The notes under the pieces were generated by a model. The model had not been told where the DNA came from and made no database searches. It saw nothing but the letters and a program-made list of their open reading frames with translations. A DNA stretch of 64,000 nucleotides from Acidobacteriota bacterium (lineage in GTDB: Bacteria > Acidobacteriota > UBA890 > WLXD01), in the NCBI GenBank assembly GCA_963666055.2, contig CAXWPH010000011.1, forward strand, positions 160,001 through 224,000, given 5' to 3'. Positions within the stretch are counted from its first letter, which is position 1; each line of letters starts with the position of its first letter. Positions 44,126 through 55,427 of this stretch are shown here, piece by piece. The position numbers and the translations under genes are program-made.

Positions 44126-45394
44126 GTGTCGCTGCGCTGCCTGCGCTTTCTCAGCGCCGGAGAGTCTCACGGACCGATGCTGGTCGGCCTGCTCGAAGGC
44201 CTGCCCGCCGGGATTCCCATCGATGTCGACGCCATCAACGCCGATCTGCGCCGCCGCATGGGTGGTCATGGCCGCGGCAAACGTATGAAGATCGAGGCCG
44301 ACGCCGTGCGCCTAGTGGGCGGTGTGCGCCTCGGTGAGACGCTGGGCAGCCCGATCGCCTGGCTGATCGAGAATCGCGACTGGGTCAACTGGCAGGAGGT
44401 GATGGCGGTGGAAGCTCCTGCCGGGGGCGGCACTTCGTCGGATGGCGATGGCGCCGTCGTCGGATCGCACGCTGTGGCCGAGAGCGGAAACCGACCGTCG
44501 GCGGTAGATATCCGCCGCATCACGAGGCCGCGGCCGGGGCATGCTGACCTGGCCGGCGGGCTGAAGTACGACCGCGACGATCTGCGTGATGTGCTGGAGC
44601 GCGCCAGCGCCCGCGAGACCGCTGTGCGGGTGGCAGCAGGCGCGTTGTGCAAACAGTTTCTAGGCCATCTCGGCATCGAGGTCACGAGCCACGTGACGCG
44701 CATTGGCGCCGCCGCGTTCGAGGCTGGCGCCCCACCGACGCCGGTGGCAACTGTCCGCCAGCGCGCCGATGCGTCGCCGGTGCGATGCGTTGACCCCGAC
44801 GTCGAGGCCGCAATGATCGCCGCCATCGACCACGCCCACGATGAGCTCGAGACCCTCGGTGGCGCGTTCGAGGTCATTGGGACGGGGTTGCCACCCGGTC
44901 TGGGGAGTCACATCCAGTGGGACCGCCGACTGGAGGCTCGGCTCGGCCAGGCGTTGCTATCGATCCAAGCACAGAAGGCGGTGGAGATCGGGCCGGCGAT
45001 CTGGTGCGCCTCACAGCCCGGCTCGATGGCGCACGACGCGATCATCAGCGAACCGGACAACCGCTGGGGCCGTCCGACCAACCGCGCCGGCGGCACCGAG
45101 GGCGGTATCACGTACGGTGGTGAGCTGCGCGTGACTGTCTACATGAAACCACTATCGACGCTTCGACAGCCGCTGCCCTCCGTCGATATCGTCAGCGGCG
45201 AAGCGGTCGATGCTGTGGTGCAGAGGACCGACACCTGCGCCGTGCCCGCCGCCGCGGTCGTAGGCGAGGCGATGACCGCGCTGGTATTGGCCGACGCGTG
45301 CATCGAGAAGTTCGGCGGTGACAGCCTGCGGGAGACGCTGCGCAACTTCCGCGGCTACATGAAGCAGGTGGCCGACTTTCCGTCAGTCGACTAG
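44126..45394 (+). CDS. aroC: Chorismate synthase
   Basis: LSAGESHG, PRPGHADL, ERASARET, NRAGG.EGG and MKPLSTL; stop codon lies in the MITE CTAG. Confidence 0.97.
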   Translation: MSLRCLRFLSAGESHGPMLVGLLEGLPAGIPIDVDAINADLRRRMGGHGRGKRMKIEADAVRLVGGVRLGETLGSPIAWLIENRDWVNWQEVMAVEAPAGGGTSSDGDGAVVGSHAVAESGNRPSAVDIRRITRPRPGHADLAGGLKYDRDDLRDVLERASARETAVRVAAGALCKQFLGHLGIEVTSHVTRIGAAAFEAGAPPTPVATVRQRADASPVRCVDPDVEAAMIAAIDHAHDELETLGGAFEVIGTGLPPGLGSHIQWDRRLEARLGQALLSIQAQKAVEIGPAIWCASQPGSMAHDAIISEPDNRWGRPTNRAGGTEGGITYGGELRVTVYMKPLSTLRQPLPSVDIVSGEAVDAVVQRTDTCAVPAAAVVGEAMTALVLADACIEKFGGDSLRETLRNFRGYMKQVADFPSVD

Positions 45395-45669
45395 CAGGCC
45401 GTGGTGAAAGTGTGGTGGGTCTGGTTACGGCGAGTTGGGGCCAGATGCAAGGCGGCCTGGCGCAGGCGATGCCCTAGCCATCGTCCAGGAAGGGCAACAC
45501 CGCAAATGGCCCCAAATCGCCGTAACCCTTCGGGCGACAGGGGGTTGCGCGCGTAGGCTGCGTCGTTCCTCGTCAACGATGCGGTAACCATCGCCTCCTC
45601 CTCTCTCCTTGCCTTCACTTCGCAAGACCCTGTCGCCAGACCCACCACACTTTCACCACGGCCTGCTAG
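45391..45669. mobile_element. MITE, full-length copy (279 bp)
   Basis: Perfect 34-bp inverted ends with CTAG at 45391-45394 and 45666-45669. Confidence 0.93.
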
Positions 45670-45808
45670 TGCTCCTGCGTCGGTCCCGTTGACCGGCGAC
45701 AACCGCGAGCCTACGGTGTCTGTGCGCCGATGCACGGCGCCCAACTCACCAACCTGGCGGCCGACGGCTCGAGCCGAGCCCGCAGGGAAAAGATCGAGGA
45801 TGGGCCGC

Positions 45809-46912
45809 ATGCATGCCTCTCGCGCTCTGGTAGTGATAGCGATGGCCGGGACGGGCGTCGGAGTAGCGGCTCAGGACAGGGCGATCGAGTTTCCCGATGT
45901 CTCCGGCTACCACACGCTGATCGTCGACCCGCACACGCACTCGGTCTTTTCCGACGGCCTGGTGTGGCCCTCCATCCGCATCGACGAGTCGGAGCTGGAC
46001 GGGCTCGATCTGGTGGCGGTGACCGAGCACCTCGAGTACCAACCGCACTCGGAGGACATTCCCCATCCCGATCGCAACCGCTCGTTTGTGCTGGCCACCG
46101 ATCACGCCGAGCGCGTCGGGTCGGAGCTCATCATCGTCAACGGTGCCGAAATTACCCGCCAACCGCCCCTCGGGCATGTGAACGCCGTCTTCCTGAACGA
46201 CGCGAACGCCCTCCGGGCCGACGACCCGATGAGCGTCTTCCGCGAAGCCAACCGTCAAGGCGCTTTCCTGTTCTGGAACCACCCGTGGTCATACGGGACC
46301 GACGGCGTCGCCGCGCTTACTGACATGCACCGATCGCTGATTGCCGACGGCCTGTTGCATGGCATCGAGGTGGCCAACGGGAACAACTACTCGTCCGACG
46401 CGCTTCAGATCGCGCTCGATCACGACCTCACGATTCTTGGTGTCTCCGACATCCACGGGTTGATCGACTGGGCCTACGACATCCACGGCGGCGGGCACCG
46501 CACCGTCACGCTTGTGTTCGCATCCAGCCGCACCGCCGAGTCGATCCGCGAGGCGCTGCAGGCGCGACGAACCGTTGCCTGGATGAACAACACGCTGATT
46601 GGGCGCGACGAGGTCCTGATGCCACTGATCGAAGCGTCGCTGACGGTAACGGAAGTCGTCAAGAGACGCCAACGTGACATCGTCGACGTGACGCTATCCA
46701 ATGCGTCGGACGCGACCTTCGAGCTGGCGAACCGCGGCGGCCATCGTTTCCAAGACCAAGCGTCGCTGATCCGGGTACCGGCGCACGGCGAGGTCACGCT
46801 TGTCGTTGCCGGCGAGCCCCGTTCGGCTTTCGATCTCGAGCTCCAGGTGATGAACGCCATCACCGCACCCGGCGCGCATCCGATGCTGCGCCTCGATGTA
46901 CAGGTACGCTAG
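45809..46912 (+). CDS. Exported PHP-domain phosphoesterase
   Basis: DPHTHSVFSDG, VTEHLEY, GAEITR, GHVNA, WNHP and SDIH. Confidence 0.88.
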   Translation: MHASRALVVIAMAGTGVGVAAQDRAIEFPDVSGYHTLIVDPHTHSVFSDGLVWPSIRIDESELDGLDLVAVTEHLEYQPHSEDIPHPDRNRSFVLATDHAERVGSELIIVNGAEITRQPPLGHVNAVFLNDANALRADDPMSVFREANRQGAFLFWNHPWSYGTDGVAALTDMHRSLIADGLLHGIEVANGNNYSSDALQIALDHDLTILGVSDIHGLIDWAYDIHGGGHRTVTLVFASSRTAESIREALQARRTVAWMNNTLIGRDEVLMPLIEASLTVTEVVKRRQRDIVDVTLSNASDATFELANRGGHRFQDQASLIRVPAHGEVTLVVAGEPRSAFDLELQVMNAITAPGAHPMLRLDVQVR

Positions 46913-46945
46913 CAGGCCTGTCACACTTTCACCACGGCCTGCTAG
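46909..46945. repeat. 37-bp collapsed MITE (ends only) between two convergent stop codons
   Basis: CTAGCAGGCCTGTCACACTTTCACCACGGCCTGCTAG. Confidence 0.85.
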
Positions 46946-47983
46946 CTACGCGCTCTCCACCAGCGGCAGCAGCCGCGCCAACGCTTCATCGACGGCCCGC
47001 GTCGTGATGTGCCGGTGGGTAACCAGCCGCACCGCACCGGCAGCGGTTGGCGTGCAGAGCACGCCTCTCTCCTGCGCCGCCTGGCAGAAAGCAGGCGCGG
47101 TCATGCCATCGACATCGAAGACCACGATGTTGGTGTCGACATGGCCGAAGGTCAACGAGACGTGCCCGGTCTGCAACAGTCCGTCGGCCAGACGACGGGC
47201 GCTGGCGTGATCCTCGGCCAATCGATCGATGCCGGATTCCAACGCCACGAGCGCCGCTGCGGCCACCACCCCGACCTGGCGCATGCCGCCGCCGAACATC
47301 TTGCGCACCCGCCTCGCCTCACGAATCAGATCAGCACCTCCTGCAAGCAGCGAGCCCACCGGCGCCGACAGGCCCTTCGACAGCGACACCATGACCGAGT
47401 CGAAATCAGCCGCCAGGTCCGCCGCGGGTCGTTCGGTGGCCACCGCCGCGTTGAACAAGCGCGCCCCGTCAAGATGTGCACGCAAACCCCGCTCCCGACA
47501 GACCGCGACGACCTCGCGGGCTATCTCGAGTGGGTACACCCTCCCTCCGGCCATGTTGTGCGTGTTTTCGAGCACGATCATCGTGCAGCGCGATTGATAG
47601 TAGGGGCGCGACACCAGGTGGGGCTCGACGTGGTGTGGGTGTAGCACGCCCGCCTCGCCGGCGATGGCACGCAGCTGCAGGCCCGAGAGCACCGCCGCCG
47701 CCCCGAGCTCCCAGTCGTGGCCATGCCCCGATGCCTCGATCAGCACCTCGTCACCCGGCCGCGTGTGCAGATGCGCCGCCACCTGGTTGGCCATCATGCC
47801 GGTGGGCATGAACAGGCTCGCCGGCTTGCCGAGCAAGTCGGCGCCGACCTCCTGCAGGCGCTCAACGGTGGGATCCTCACCGTAGACATCGTCGCCAACC
47901 TCGGCCGTCGCCATGGCGTGGCGCATGGCATCCGTGGGCTGCGTCACCGTGTCGCTGCGCAGATCGATAGGAGGCGAGGTCAT
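46946..47983 (-). CDS. ltaE: Low-specificity L-threonine aldolase
   Basis: [34 protein letters not shown] and LSKGL.APVGS. Confidence 0.95.
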   Translation of the reverse strand: MTSPPIDLRSDTVTQPTDAMRHAMATAEVGDDVYGEDPTVERLQEVGADLLGKPASLFMPTGMMANQVAAHLHTRPGDEVLIEASGHGHDWELGAAAVLSGLQLRAIAGEAGVLHPHHVEPHLVSRPYYQSRCTMIVLENTHNMAGGRVYPLEIAREVVAVCRERGLRAHLDGARLFNAAVATERPAADLAADFDSVMVSLSKGLSAPVGSLLAGGADLIREARRVRKMFGGGMRQVGVVAAAALVALESGIDRLAEDHASARRLADGLLQTGHVSLTFGHVDTNIVVFDVDGMTAPAFCQAAQERGVLCTPTAAGAVRLVTHRHITTRAVDEALARLLPLVESA

Positions 47984-47990
47984 CGGAGCA

Positions 47991-50811
47991 CTAGTCGTCG
48001 TCAAGAACTTCGCGTAGGTAGCGGGCGGTGTGCGATCCGTTGCAGGCGGCAACTTCTTCGGGGTGTACCCGACGCTACCAGCGAGCCGCCCCCGTCACCG
48101 CCCTCGGGGCCAAGGTCGATGACCCAGTCCGCCGCTTTGATGAGGTCGAGGTTGTGCTCGATGACGATGGCCGAGGCGCCGGTGTCGATCAGCCGGTTCA
48201 AGGCGAACAGTAGCTTGGCGATATCGTCGAAGTGCAGCCCGGTAGTGGGTTCGTCAAACAGGTAAAGCATCCCCTTGCCGCCACCCTGGAGCAGATGTGA
48301 CGCTAGCTTGACGCGCTGCGCCTCGCCGGCCGACAAGGTACTGGAAGGCTGCCCCAGGCGGAGGTACCCGAGACCGACGTCCTCCAGCGCCTTCAGCCGC
48401 GACTCCGCCTTGGGCAAATCGGCGAAGAACCGACGTGCCTCTCCGACGGTCAGTTGGAGCACGTCGTGGATATTCTTGCCACGCACGCGAATATCGAGTG
48501 TTTCGCGGCGGAAACGAGTGCCGCCGCACTCCTCGCAAGGCAGGTTGACGTCTGGAAGGAACTGCATCTCCACGAGAATCTGCCCGGCGCCCTCACACAC
48601 CTCGCAACGCCCCCCGGCGACGTTAAACGAGAAGTGCCCAGGCCTGTATCCACGCGCGCGCGCCGCGCGCGTCGCCGCGAAGAGCTTTCGGATAGGGTCG
48701 AATGCCTTTACGTAGGTCACCGGGTTCGATCTTGCGCTTCGACCGATCGGCGCCTGGTCGACCAGTACCGCCTGGCGAATCAATCCCGCCCCTTCGATGT
48801 CGTCGTGATCGCCTACCGCGCCGCTCCACTCCCCCAGGCGCCGAAGCAAGCCGGCGTGGAGGACGTCGTGAATAAGCGTGCTCTTGCCGGATCCCGAGAC
48901 CCCGGTGACGCAGCAAAGCACGCCGAGAGGGAATGTAACGTCGATGTTCTTGAGGTTGTGCTGCCGCGCACCGATGACCCGCAGCTCATGAAGGCGATGC
49001 CGCCGCAGCGCCGGCATCGGGACCCTGCGATCACCCGAAAGGTAGGCTGCGGTAACCGACTCGGTGGCGGTGTGGATCTTGCTTGGCTCGCCCGCGAACA
49101 CTACGCGGCCGCCGAGCACTCCTGCCCCGGGACCCATATCGATCAGGTGATCGGCACCCTCGATCATCTGGCGGTCGTGCTCCACCACCAAGACGGTATT
49201 TCCGAGATCGCGGAGACTTTCGAGGATCGAGATCAGCTGCTCGTTGTCGCGCGGGTGGAGTCCCACGCTAGGCTCGTCGAGCACGTACATAGATCCCACC
49301 AGCATTGAGCCGAGGCAGGTGGCAAGGCTTATTCGCTGCGCCTCTCCGCCCGACAAGGTACCGGTGAGGCGATCGAGAGTGAGGTAGTCGAGGCCCACTT
49401 CGATCAAGTAGCGGAGCCGCGCACGAATCTCTCGTAGGACCTGATCGACCACCACCGCGACGTGCACCGGTAGCTCCAGATCGCGGAAAAACGCGGCGAT
49501 CTCACCAATGCTCAGGCAGGAGATGTCGGGCAAGGTGCGGTGGTCGATATGAACGGCGTGGGCATCGATGCGAAGGCGCGTGCCCTGGCACGCTGGGCAG
49601 CTCACGTAGCCACGATATCGCGCCAGCAAGACGCGAACGTGGAGCTTGTGCTGCTTCTTGCGAAGTCCGGCGAAGAACCCGTGCACTCCAACGAACCCAT
49701 CACCGCCGTCGAGAATCGCGTCACGCTGCCCGGGCTCGAGATCGGCCCAAGCGACATCGAGTGGAATGCCACGCTCGGCAGCGAAGCCGCGCATCGAGCT
49801 TCGAATGCGATGTCTGCTCTCCTTGTTCCACGGCTCCACGGCTCCGTCGGCGAGACTCCTGCGGCGGTCGGGGATGACCTTGTCGAAATCGATCTCGATG
49901 ATGCTGCCGAACCCGTTGCACTCGGGGCAGGCGCCGTACGGATTGTTGAATGAGAATAGCCTGGGCTCCGGTCGAAGAAAGTCGCGGTCGCAATCGGCGC
50001 ACCGGTAGCGATCGTCGAAGGAGCGCAGCTCCAGCCGGTCATCAAGCTGGATCCAAACGCGCGCTCGGCCCTCGCCCTCGCGAAAGGCGACACCTACCGA
50101 GTCGAGCAGGCGCTCGTGCGACCGCTGGCGTAGATGCAGTCGGTCGACGATGATGTCGACCTCGTCGCCCCGCAGCTTCGACGCCAACTCCGGGAGCTGG
50201 GATGGTGCCAGCTCGCACACCGCACCGGCGACCAAGAGACGACGGAAACCCGACTTGAGCAGATGCTGGAGGAGTCCAAGGCGTGCTGCGTCATCTCGAG
50301 GTAGCGGGCGCGGACAGGCTATCAAGGCGCGCTGCTCCGCATGCTCCTCCAGCAACCGAGCGGCGACCTCTCCAGGCGCGTCGGCGCGCACCGCGTTGCC
50401 GCAGCTTGGGCAGATCGTCGTCCCAGCACGTGCAAACAGCAGCCGCAGATAGTCTTGGATCTCGGTGACCGTGCCTACGGTGGAGCGAGAGTTGCGCGGC
50501 GGCACCCTTTGCTGAATGGCGATGGCCGGACATACGCCACGAACTTCGTCCACCAACGGCTTGTCCATGCGCTCCAGAAACTGGCGCGCATAGGCGGATA
50601 GCGACTCCACATACCGTCGCTGGCCCTCGGCATAGACGGTGTCGAAGGCGAGGCTCGACTTACCGGATCCGGACACGCCTGTAACCACCACCAGGCGGCC
50701 GGCCGGGATCTCTACGTCAATGTTCTGCAGATTGTGGACGCGTGCGCCTCGGACGACGATCGGCTCACTCGCTGCCGTCGCGGACGTGCCCACCGTGGCT
50801 TCGACCCCCAT
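47991..50811 (-). CDS. uvrA: Excinuclease ABC subunit A; +1 frameshift at 48060-48063 near the C-terminus
   Basis: Two ABC modules ([27 protein letters not shown]) and Zn fingers; removing one base restores [25 protein letters not shown]. Confidence 0.95.
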
Positions 50812-51041
50812 GACCCCGCATTCTCCGAAGAGACCACCGCCGCGATTCTATTTCGCCCAACGGACAAGAGATCGATATTACCAGGCCGCAGCTCGCCTCA
50901 AGCCCCCTGCCACGGCTTCCCGATGCAGGCTTTGCGAAGCGTGCCGACTTGCACTTGCCGCACCGGTGGCGGAACGTTCGGCAGCGGCATCAGATCACGG
51001 CAACCGACGACCGTCTCCAGTCTGCGTGAGCGACGGACACG

Positions 51042-51620
51042 ATGAGCAACCAGCACGAGGGCGACGACGAGGCACGTCGCGACGACTACTTCCGGCAAAT
51101 CGAGCGGCACTTCGGCATACGCCGCGGCGGCCCGCTGCTGCTGTCGCCGCGCGACTGGCAGGTCGTCGAGCGCTGGCACGACCGTGGCATCCCGCTGGAT
51201 ACGGTGCTGCGAGGCATCAATCGCGCCTTCGACCGCTTCGACGCGGGCGCCTCGTCGAGAACGAAGGTGAACTCGCTGTCGTACTGCAAGCAGTGGGTCG
51301 AGGCGGCATGGGAGGAGCAACGCCGGCTCGGGATACTCCCGAACGCCGACACGGGTGGCGGCGGGGATCCGGCCGCCGATCACCTCGAAGGCGCCGCCAC
51401 TACCTGCCGGGCGGCCATCGAGACGACGCCGGAGCTTGCCGAAGCACTGGAGATCGCGGCGACCGCTCTCGGCCGTCTAGCAGTTGAAGCCAGCGCCCTC
51501 GGAGCCACCGAGCTCGACCGTCGAGCCAATGCCATCGAGGCCACGTTCCGCAACGCCGCCGAGGCACGGAGCGGACAGCGTACCCTCCGACTACCACGCT
51601 TTAGTCCCTGGACCGTGTGA
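51042..51620 (+). CDS. Hypothetical protein with a DnaD-like domain signature
   Basis: [12 protein letters not shown]...[13 protein letters not shown]...[13 protein letters not shown]. Confidence 0.6.
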   Translation: MSNQHEGDDEARRDDYFRQIERHFGIRRGGPLLLSPRDWQVVERWHDRGIPLDTVLRGINRAFDRFDAGASSRTKVNSLSYCKQWVEAAWEEQRRLGILPNADTGGGGDPAADHLEGAATTCRAAIETTPELAEALEIAATALGRLAVEASALGATELDRRANAIEATFRNAAEARSGQRTLRLPRFSPWTV

Positions 51621-51651
51621 CCGCTGGCCTGCCGTTGCCCGTGTCGCGACG

Positions 51652-53964
51652 GTGGTTACATGGAGCGGCGCCAGCTCCTGGGCCAACGCCGTCGCCCCAG
51701 GCCAGCTCGAGAGTGTTCCGTGGTCGAGCGCCGCCTCGGTGCTCGCCAGCCGTGTGCTCTGGGTCGCCGCCGGGCGCGTCAAACAACCGCAGGGGGCGAT
51801 CGCCATCCTGGTCGTCGCCGCGCTATTGGGAGGGGTCGCGGGCAGTAGCGCCTCCCGGCCAGGCTCTCTGCGTTACCTGGCCGAGCACGACGGCGGCCTA
51901 GATGGGCCTTGGAGAATCCAAGGCCGTGTCGTCCGGGAGCCGACGGCGGCGGCGCGCGGATCGACGCTGACCGTCGACGTGGATCGCGTATGGCTAGAGC
52001 AGCGGTGGCAGTTGCTTCACGGACGAGTCGAGCTGCAGATCCCCGAAGCCCCACCACGGCCCAACTGGTACTCCGGAACACGGTTGGAAGCCTGGCTGCG
52101 ACTGCAGCCCGACCGCCCGCCGGCAAATCCGGCGCGTGCGACGACCGACCGTCTACGACTGCGCGGCATTGATCTGCGCGCGCGATTGAAGAGCTACGGC
52201 CAGCTACGGATGCGCGCACCACCGGCGTCGTACCTAGCGACCCTACCCGGACGAGCTCGCGATTTCGTCCGCGCGCAAATCGCGGCGACCTTCCGGCGCC
52301 ACCCGAATCTGGTGCGCGCGTTACTGCTCGGTGAACGACGCGACCTCGATGAGACCCTGCTGCAAGACATGGCGCGTAGCGGGCTGATCCATCTGCTAGC
52401 CATATCCGGGCTGCACGTTGGGCTGCTCGCGATGGCACCGATGGCAGCCCTTCGGGTGCTGGGCCGCTCGCCGCGGGCGGGCTGGTGTGCGGCGCTCGGC
52501 GCCACCCTGCTGCTCGTATTCTTGGTAGAGCCGCGGGCGCCAATCCGGCGCGCCGCGACGATGACCGCGTGCCTGCTCGCAGGTCGCCTGGCGGGGCGGC
52601 GGATCGCGTCCACCGACGCACTTGGCTTCGCCATCCTGGTCATCGTCGCCGTCGATCCCGTCGCACCGGAGCAGTTCGGCTTCCAACTGAGTGTTGCCGC
52701 AACCGCGGCGATCGTCCTGGCCGGCCACCGTAGCGAATCGCTGCTCGCCCGCATGTTCGGCACCAGCCTGGCGGCTAACAGCGCGGTGGCGCCCCTGCTA
52801 GCGATAAAGACCGGTACCGTTCCGGTCGCCGGACTGCTGCTCAACGTCGTTGCCATCCCGGCCGTTTCTGCTGCCTTGGTGCTCGCGGTGGTCGCGCTGA
52901 TGGCTGCGGCAAGCGGCCTGGTGGCGCTTCCGAGCGGCCTGTCGGCCGGTGCTGAAGCGATGCTCGACGTCGTGCTGGCGTGTTCGCGAGCGTCTGCTTC
53001 CCTGGGAATGGGTCCGGTCGCCCTCGCGTCGGCCAGCACCGCGTCAGGGCTGTTGTACGGCCTCGGCATGATCGTTGCCATGCGCGCCCGCCGCCGGCGG
53101 CGCATCATGGGCTTGCTATCGATGGTCGTCGCCGGCGGCCTCGCACTCCAATCGCCGCACCAGCCAGCGTACCCGCGCCTGCTCGCCCTCGACGTGGGAC
53201 AAGGCGACGCCCTGCTTCTGGTCTCGGCCGACGGAGCGGTGCTGGTCGACGCCGGCGGCTACCCGGGCATCGATTACGACACCGGCTACCGCATCGTCGA
53301 GCCGGAATTGCGTCGCCTCGGCATCGGCCGCCTCGAAGCGTTAGCGATCACCCACGACCACGCCGACCATATCGGCGGAGTACCGACGATCCTGCGCCAC
53401 TTTCGAGTCGCTGAGTTGTGGCTAGGTGCAACCCCGGTCGAGTCCGAGACCGCAGCCCGCGTATTCGAGCTGGCTTGGGCGCGCCACACCGCCGTGCTCA
53501 CTCCCACCGCCCTCGAACGGTCGATCGCCGGCTGCCGTTGGCGCAGCTTTCCGGCCCCAGGCAACCAACTGCGAGCCAGCGCCGGCTCCGTGAAGAACGA
53601 GGCTTCGCTAGTTCTCGTAGCGACCTGCGGGACCAAGCAGATGCTGCTCACCGGAGACGCCGGTACCGCATCGGAGAGGAACTGGGACCTTACGCGCATG
53701 GCAGGCGCTTTCCTGAAGGTCGGACATCACGGCAGCGCCAGCGCCACCTCGGACAGGTTCCTGAGCCGCCTGCGGCCACGCCACGCGGTGGTGTCGGTGG
53801 GCGCTGCCAACCCCTGGTCACTGCCGCGTTCGAGCGTGCTAGCACGACTGAGAGCACATCGCACAGCGGTGTACCGCACAGACCGTGACGGAGCACTTAC
53901 CGTCGAGTTCGGAGCGCGGGTGCGGGTAAGAGGCGAGCGATGGCGCAGCGGCTCCGGGGACTGA
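51652..53964 (+). CDS. comEC: Competence protein ComEC/Rec2 (start uncertain)
   Basis: HLLAISGLHVG, GFQLS, LDVGQGDA, THDHADHIGG, LKVGHHGS and YRTDRDG. Confidence 0.9.
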   Translation: MVTWSGASSWANAVAPGQLESVPWSSAASVLASRVLWVAAGRVKQPQGAIAILVVAALLGGVAGSSASRPGSLRYLAEHDGGLDGPWRIQGRVVREPTAAARGSTLTVDVDRVWLEQRWQLLHGRVELQIPEAPPRPNWYSGTRLEAWLRLQPDRPPANPARATTDRLRLRGIDLRARLKSYGQLRMRAPPASYLATLPGRARDFVRAQIAATFRRHPNLVRALLLGERRDLDETLLQDMARSGLIHLLAISGLHVGLLAMAPMAALRVLGRSPRAGWCAALGATLLLVFLVEPRAPIRRAATMTACLLAGRLAGRRIASTDALGFAILVIVAVDPVAPEQFGFQLSVAATAAIVLAGHRSESLLARMFGTSLAANSAVAPLLAIKTGTVPVAGLLLNVVAIPAVSAALVLAVVALMAAASGLVALPSGLSAGAEAMLDVVLACSRASASLGMGPVALASASTASGLLYGLGMIVAMRARRRRRIMGLLSMVVAGGLALQSPHQPAYPRLLALDVGQGDALLLVSADGAVLVDAGGYPGIDYDTGYRIVEPELRRLGIGRLEALAITHDHADHIGGVPTILRHFRVAELWLGATPVESETAARVFELAWARHTAVLTPTALERSIAGCRWRSFPAPGNQLRASAGSVKNEASLVLVATCGTKQMLLTGDAGTASERNWDLTRMAGAFLKVGHHGSASATSDRFLSRLRPRHAVVSVGAANPWSLPRSSVLARLRAHRTAVYRTDRDGALTVEFGARVRVRGERWRSGSGD

Positions 53965-53981
53965 ACGGCGCTAGCGACTGG

Positions 53982-54566
53982 TTAGCAGGCGTCGTCGTGC
54001 GGATCGAAGCAGTGACGGCAGCGGGCCTCGTATACATCCGATGCACCCACCACGACGCGCTGCTTGCTGGCGGTCAGGCGCTGCGAGAAGTTGGCGGGGC
54101 GTCCGCATCGCATGCAGATCGCGAGGGTCTTGGTGATGTACTCGGCAATCGCCAGCAACGCCGGTATAGGCTGGAAGGGCTCGCCGCGGTAGTCCTTGTC
54201 GAGCCCAGCCACGATGACGCGATGCTCCTCGGCGGCAAGGCGTTGGCAGACCTCGACGAGCCCGTCGTCGAAGAACTGTGCCTCATCCACGCCGACCACC
54301 TGCGTGTCGGCGCGAACACTCGCGTACAGCTCCGTGGAGTCACGGACGCGGGCGCTGGGCAGTTTTTGCCGGTTGTGCGACACGATGTGATCATTGTCGA
54401 AACGATCGTCGACTCGCGGCTTGAAAACCTGCACTATCTGTTTGGCGATCTGAGCTCGCCGGAGGCGGCGAATCAACTCCTCGCTCTTGCCGGAGAACAT
54501 GCTGCCGCAGATCACCTCGATTGTTCCGAACTCGTGATGCGGTGCTCTCGGCTCGAGTCGTGCCAT
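53982..54566 (-). CDS. tdk: Thymidine kinase
   Basis: GSMFSGKSEELIRR, VDEAQFF, AGLD and YEARCRHC. Confidence 0.96.
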   Translation of the reverse strand: MARLEPRAPHHEFGTIEVICGSMFSGKSEELIRRLRRAQIAKQIVQVFKPRVDDRFDNDHIVSHNRQKLPSARVRDSTELYASVRADTQVVGVDEAQFFDDGLVEVCQRLAAEEHRVIVAGLDKDYRGEPFQPIPALLAIAEYITKTLAICMRCGRPANFSQRLTASKQRVVVGASDVYEARCRHCFDPHDDAC

Positions 54567-54671
54567 TGCCCTACCCTGATCTCGGCGCCAAGCGGCCGGC
54601 GCCCAGGTCGCTGCCGCGGCGGAACCACGGGCTGCTAGAATTCGTTCCCCCGCATCCACTCCCAGCGTGCC

Positions 54672-55427
54672 ATGACGACCGAATCCGCGACCGAGCCCGA
54701 GCCGGACGACGACTCCCCGCTACGTACGCTGCTGGCGGGTATGGACCGTGCCCGCAAGCTTACCGTCTGGTCACTCCTGGCGTTGGCGATCGGCACGTCG
54801 TTGGCGTGGACTTGGTCGCGCGAGATATACCAGTTCCTGGCGAGCCCGCTCACCGACGCGCTCGCCGTACGCGGCCACGATCCGCGACTGACGTTCACTG
54901 GGCTAACCGACCCGTTCGTGCTGTACTTCACCGTTTCGTTGTCGACCGGCCTGGTATTCGCGATCCCGGCGCTGGCTCTACAGCTCTATGTGGTCGTGGC
55001 GCCGCGCGTCCGGCTGCGCTCCGCGGTCGCCATCGCAGGCTTTGTGCTGACCGCCTGCGCGCTGTTCCTCGCCGGGCTCAGCTTCGCGTATTTCATCCTG
55101 ATTCCCTTCGCTGTGAGCTACCTGCTCGATGTCGGCGAGGAGTTCGCACACGCCATCACAATCCGCGATTTTCTGCGCTTTACTGTGCGCCTTCTGCTAG
55201 CCATGGGACTCGGCGCGCAGCTCCCGCTGATTATCTTCAGCGCCTCACGCGTTGGGCTGGTGAACGCACGCGGCCTGCTGCGATGGTTCCCCTACGCGGT
55301 GCTGATAGCCTTCGTCCTGGCAGCGATGCTGACACCGCCCGACGGGATGAGTCAGTTCCTGGTGGCCGTTCCGTTGCTGGTGTTGTACCTGGTCGGCGTG
55401 GTGGTGGCGGCGATCGCCGGACGTTAG
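54672..55427 (+). CDS. tatC: Twin-arginine translocase subunit TatC
   Basis: 6-TM pattern; FAYFILIP, QLPL and AAMLTPPD..SQ.LVAVPL.VLY. Confidence 0.9.
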   Translation: MTTESATEPEPDDDSPLRTLLAGMDRARKLTVWSLLALAIGTSLAWTWSREIYQFLASPLTDALAVRGHDPRLTFTGLTDPFVLYFTVSLSTGLVFAIPALALQLYVVVAPRVRLRSAVAIAGFVLTACALFLAGLSFAYFILIPFAVSYLLDVGEEFAHAITIRDFLRFTVRLLLAMGLGAQLPLIIFSASRVGLVNARGLLRWFPYAVLIAFVLAAMLTPPDGMSQFLVAVPLLVLYLVGVVVAAIAGR

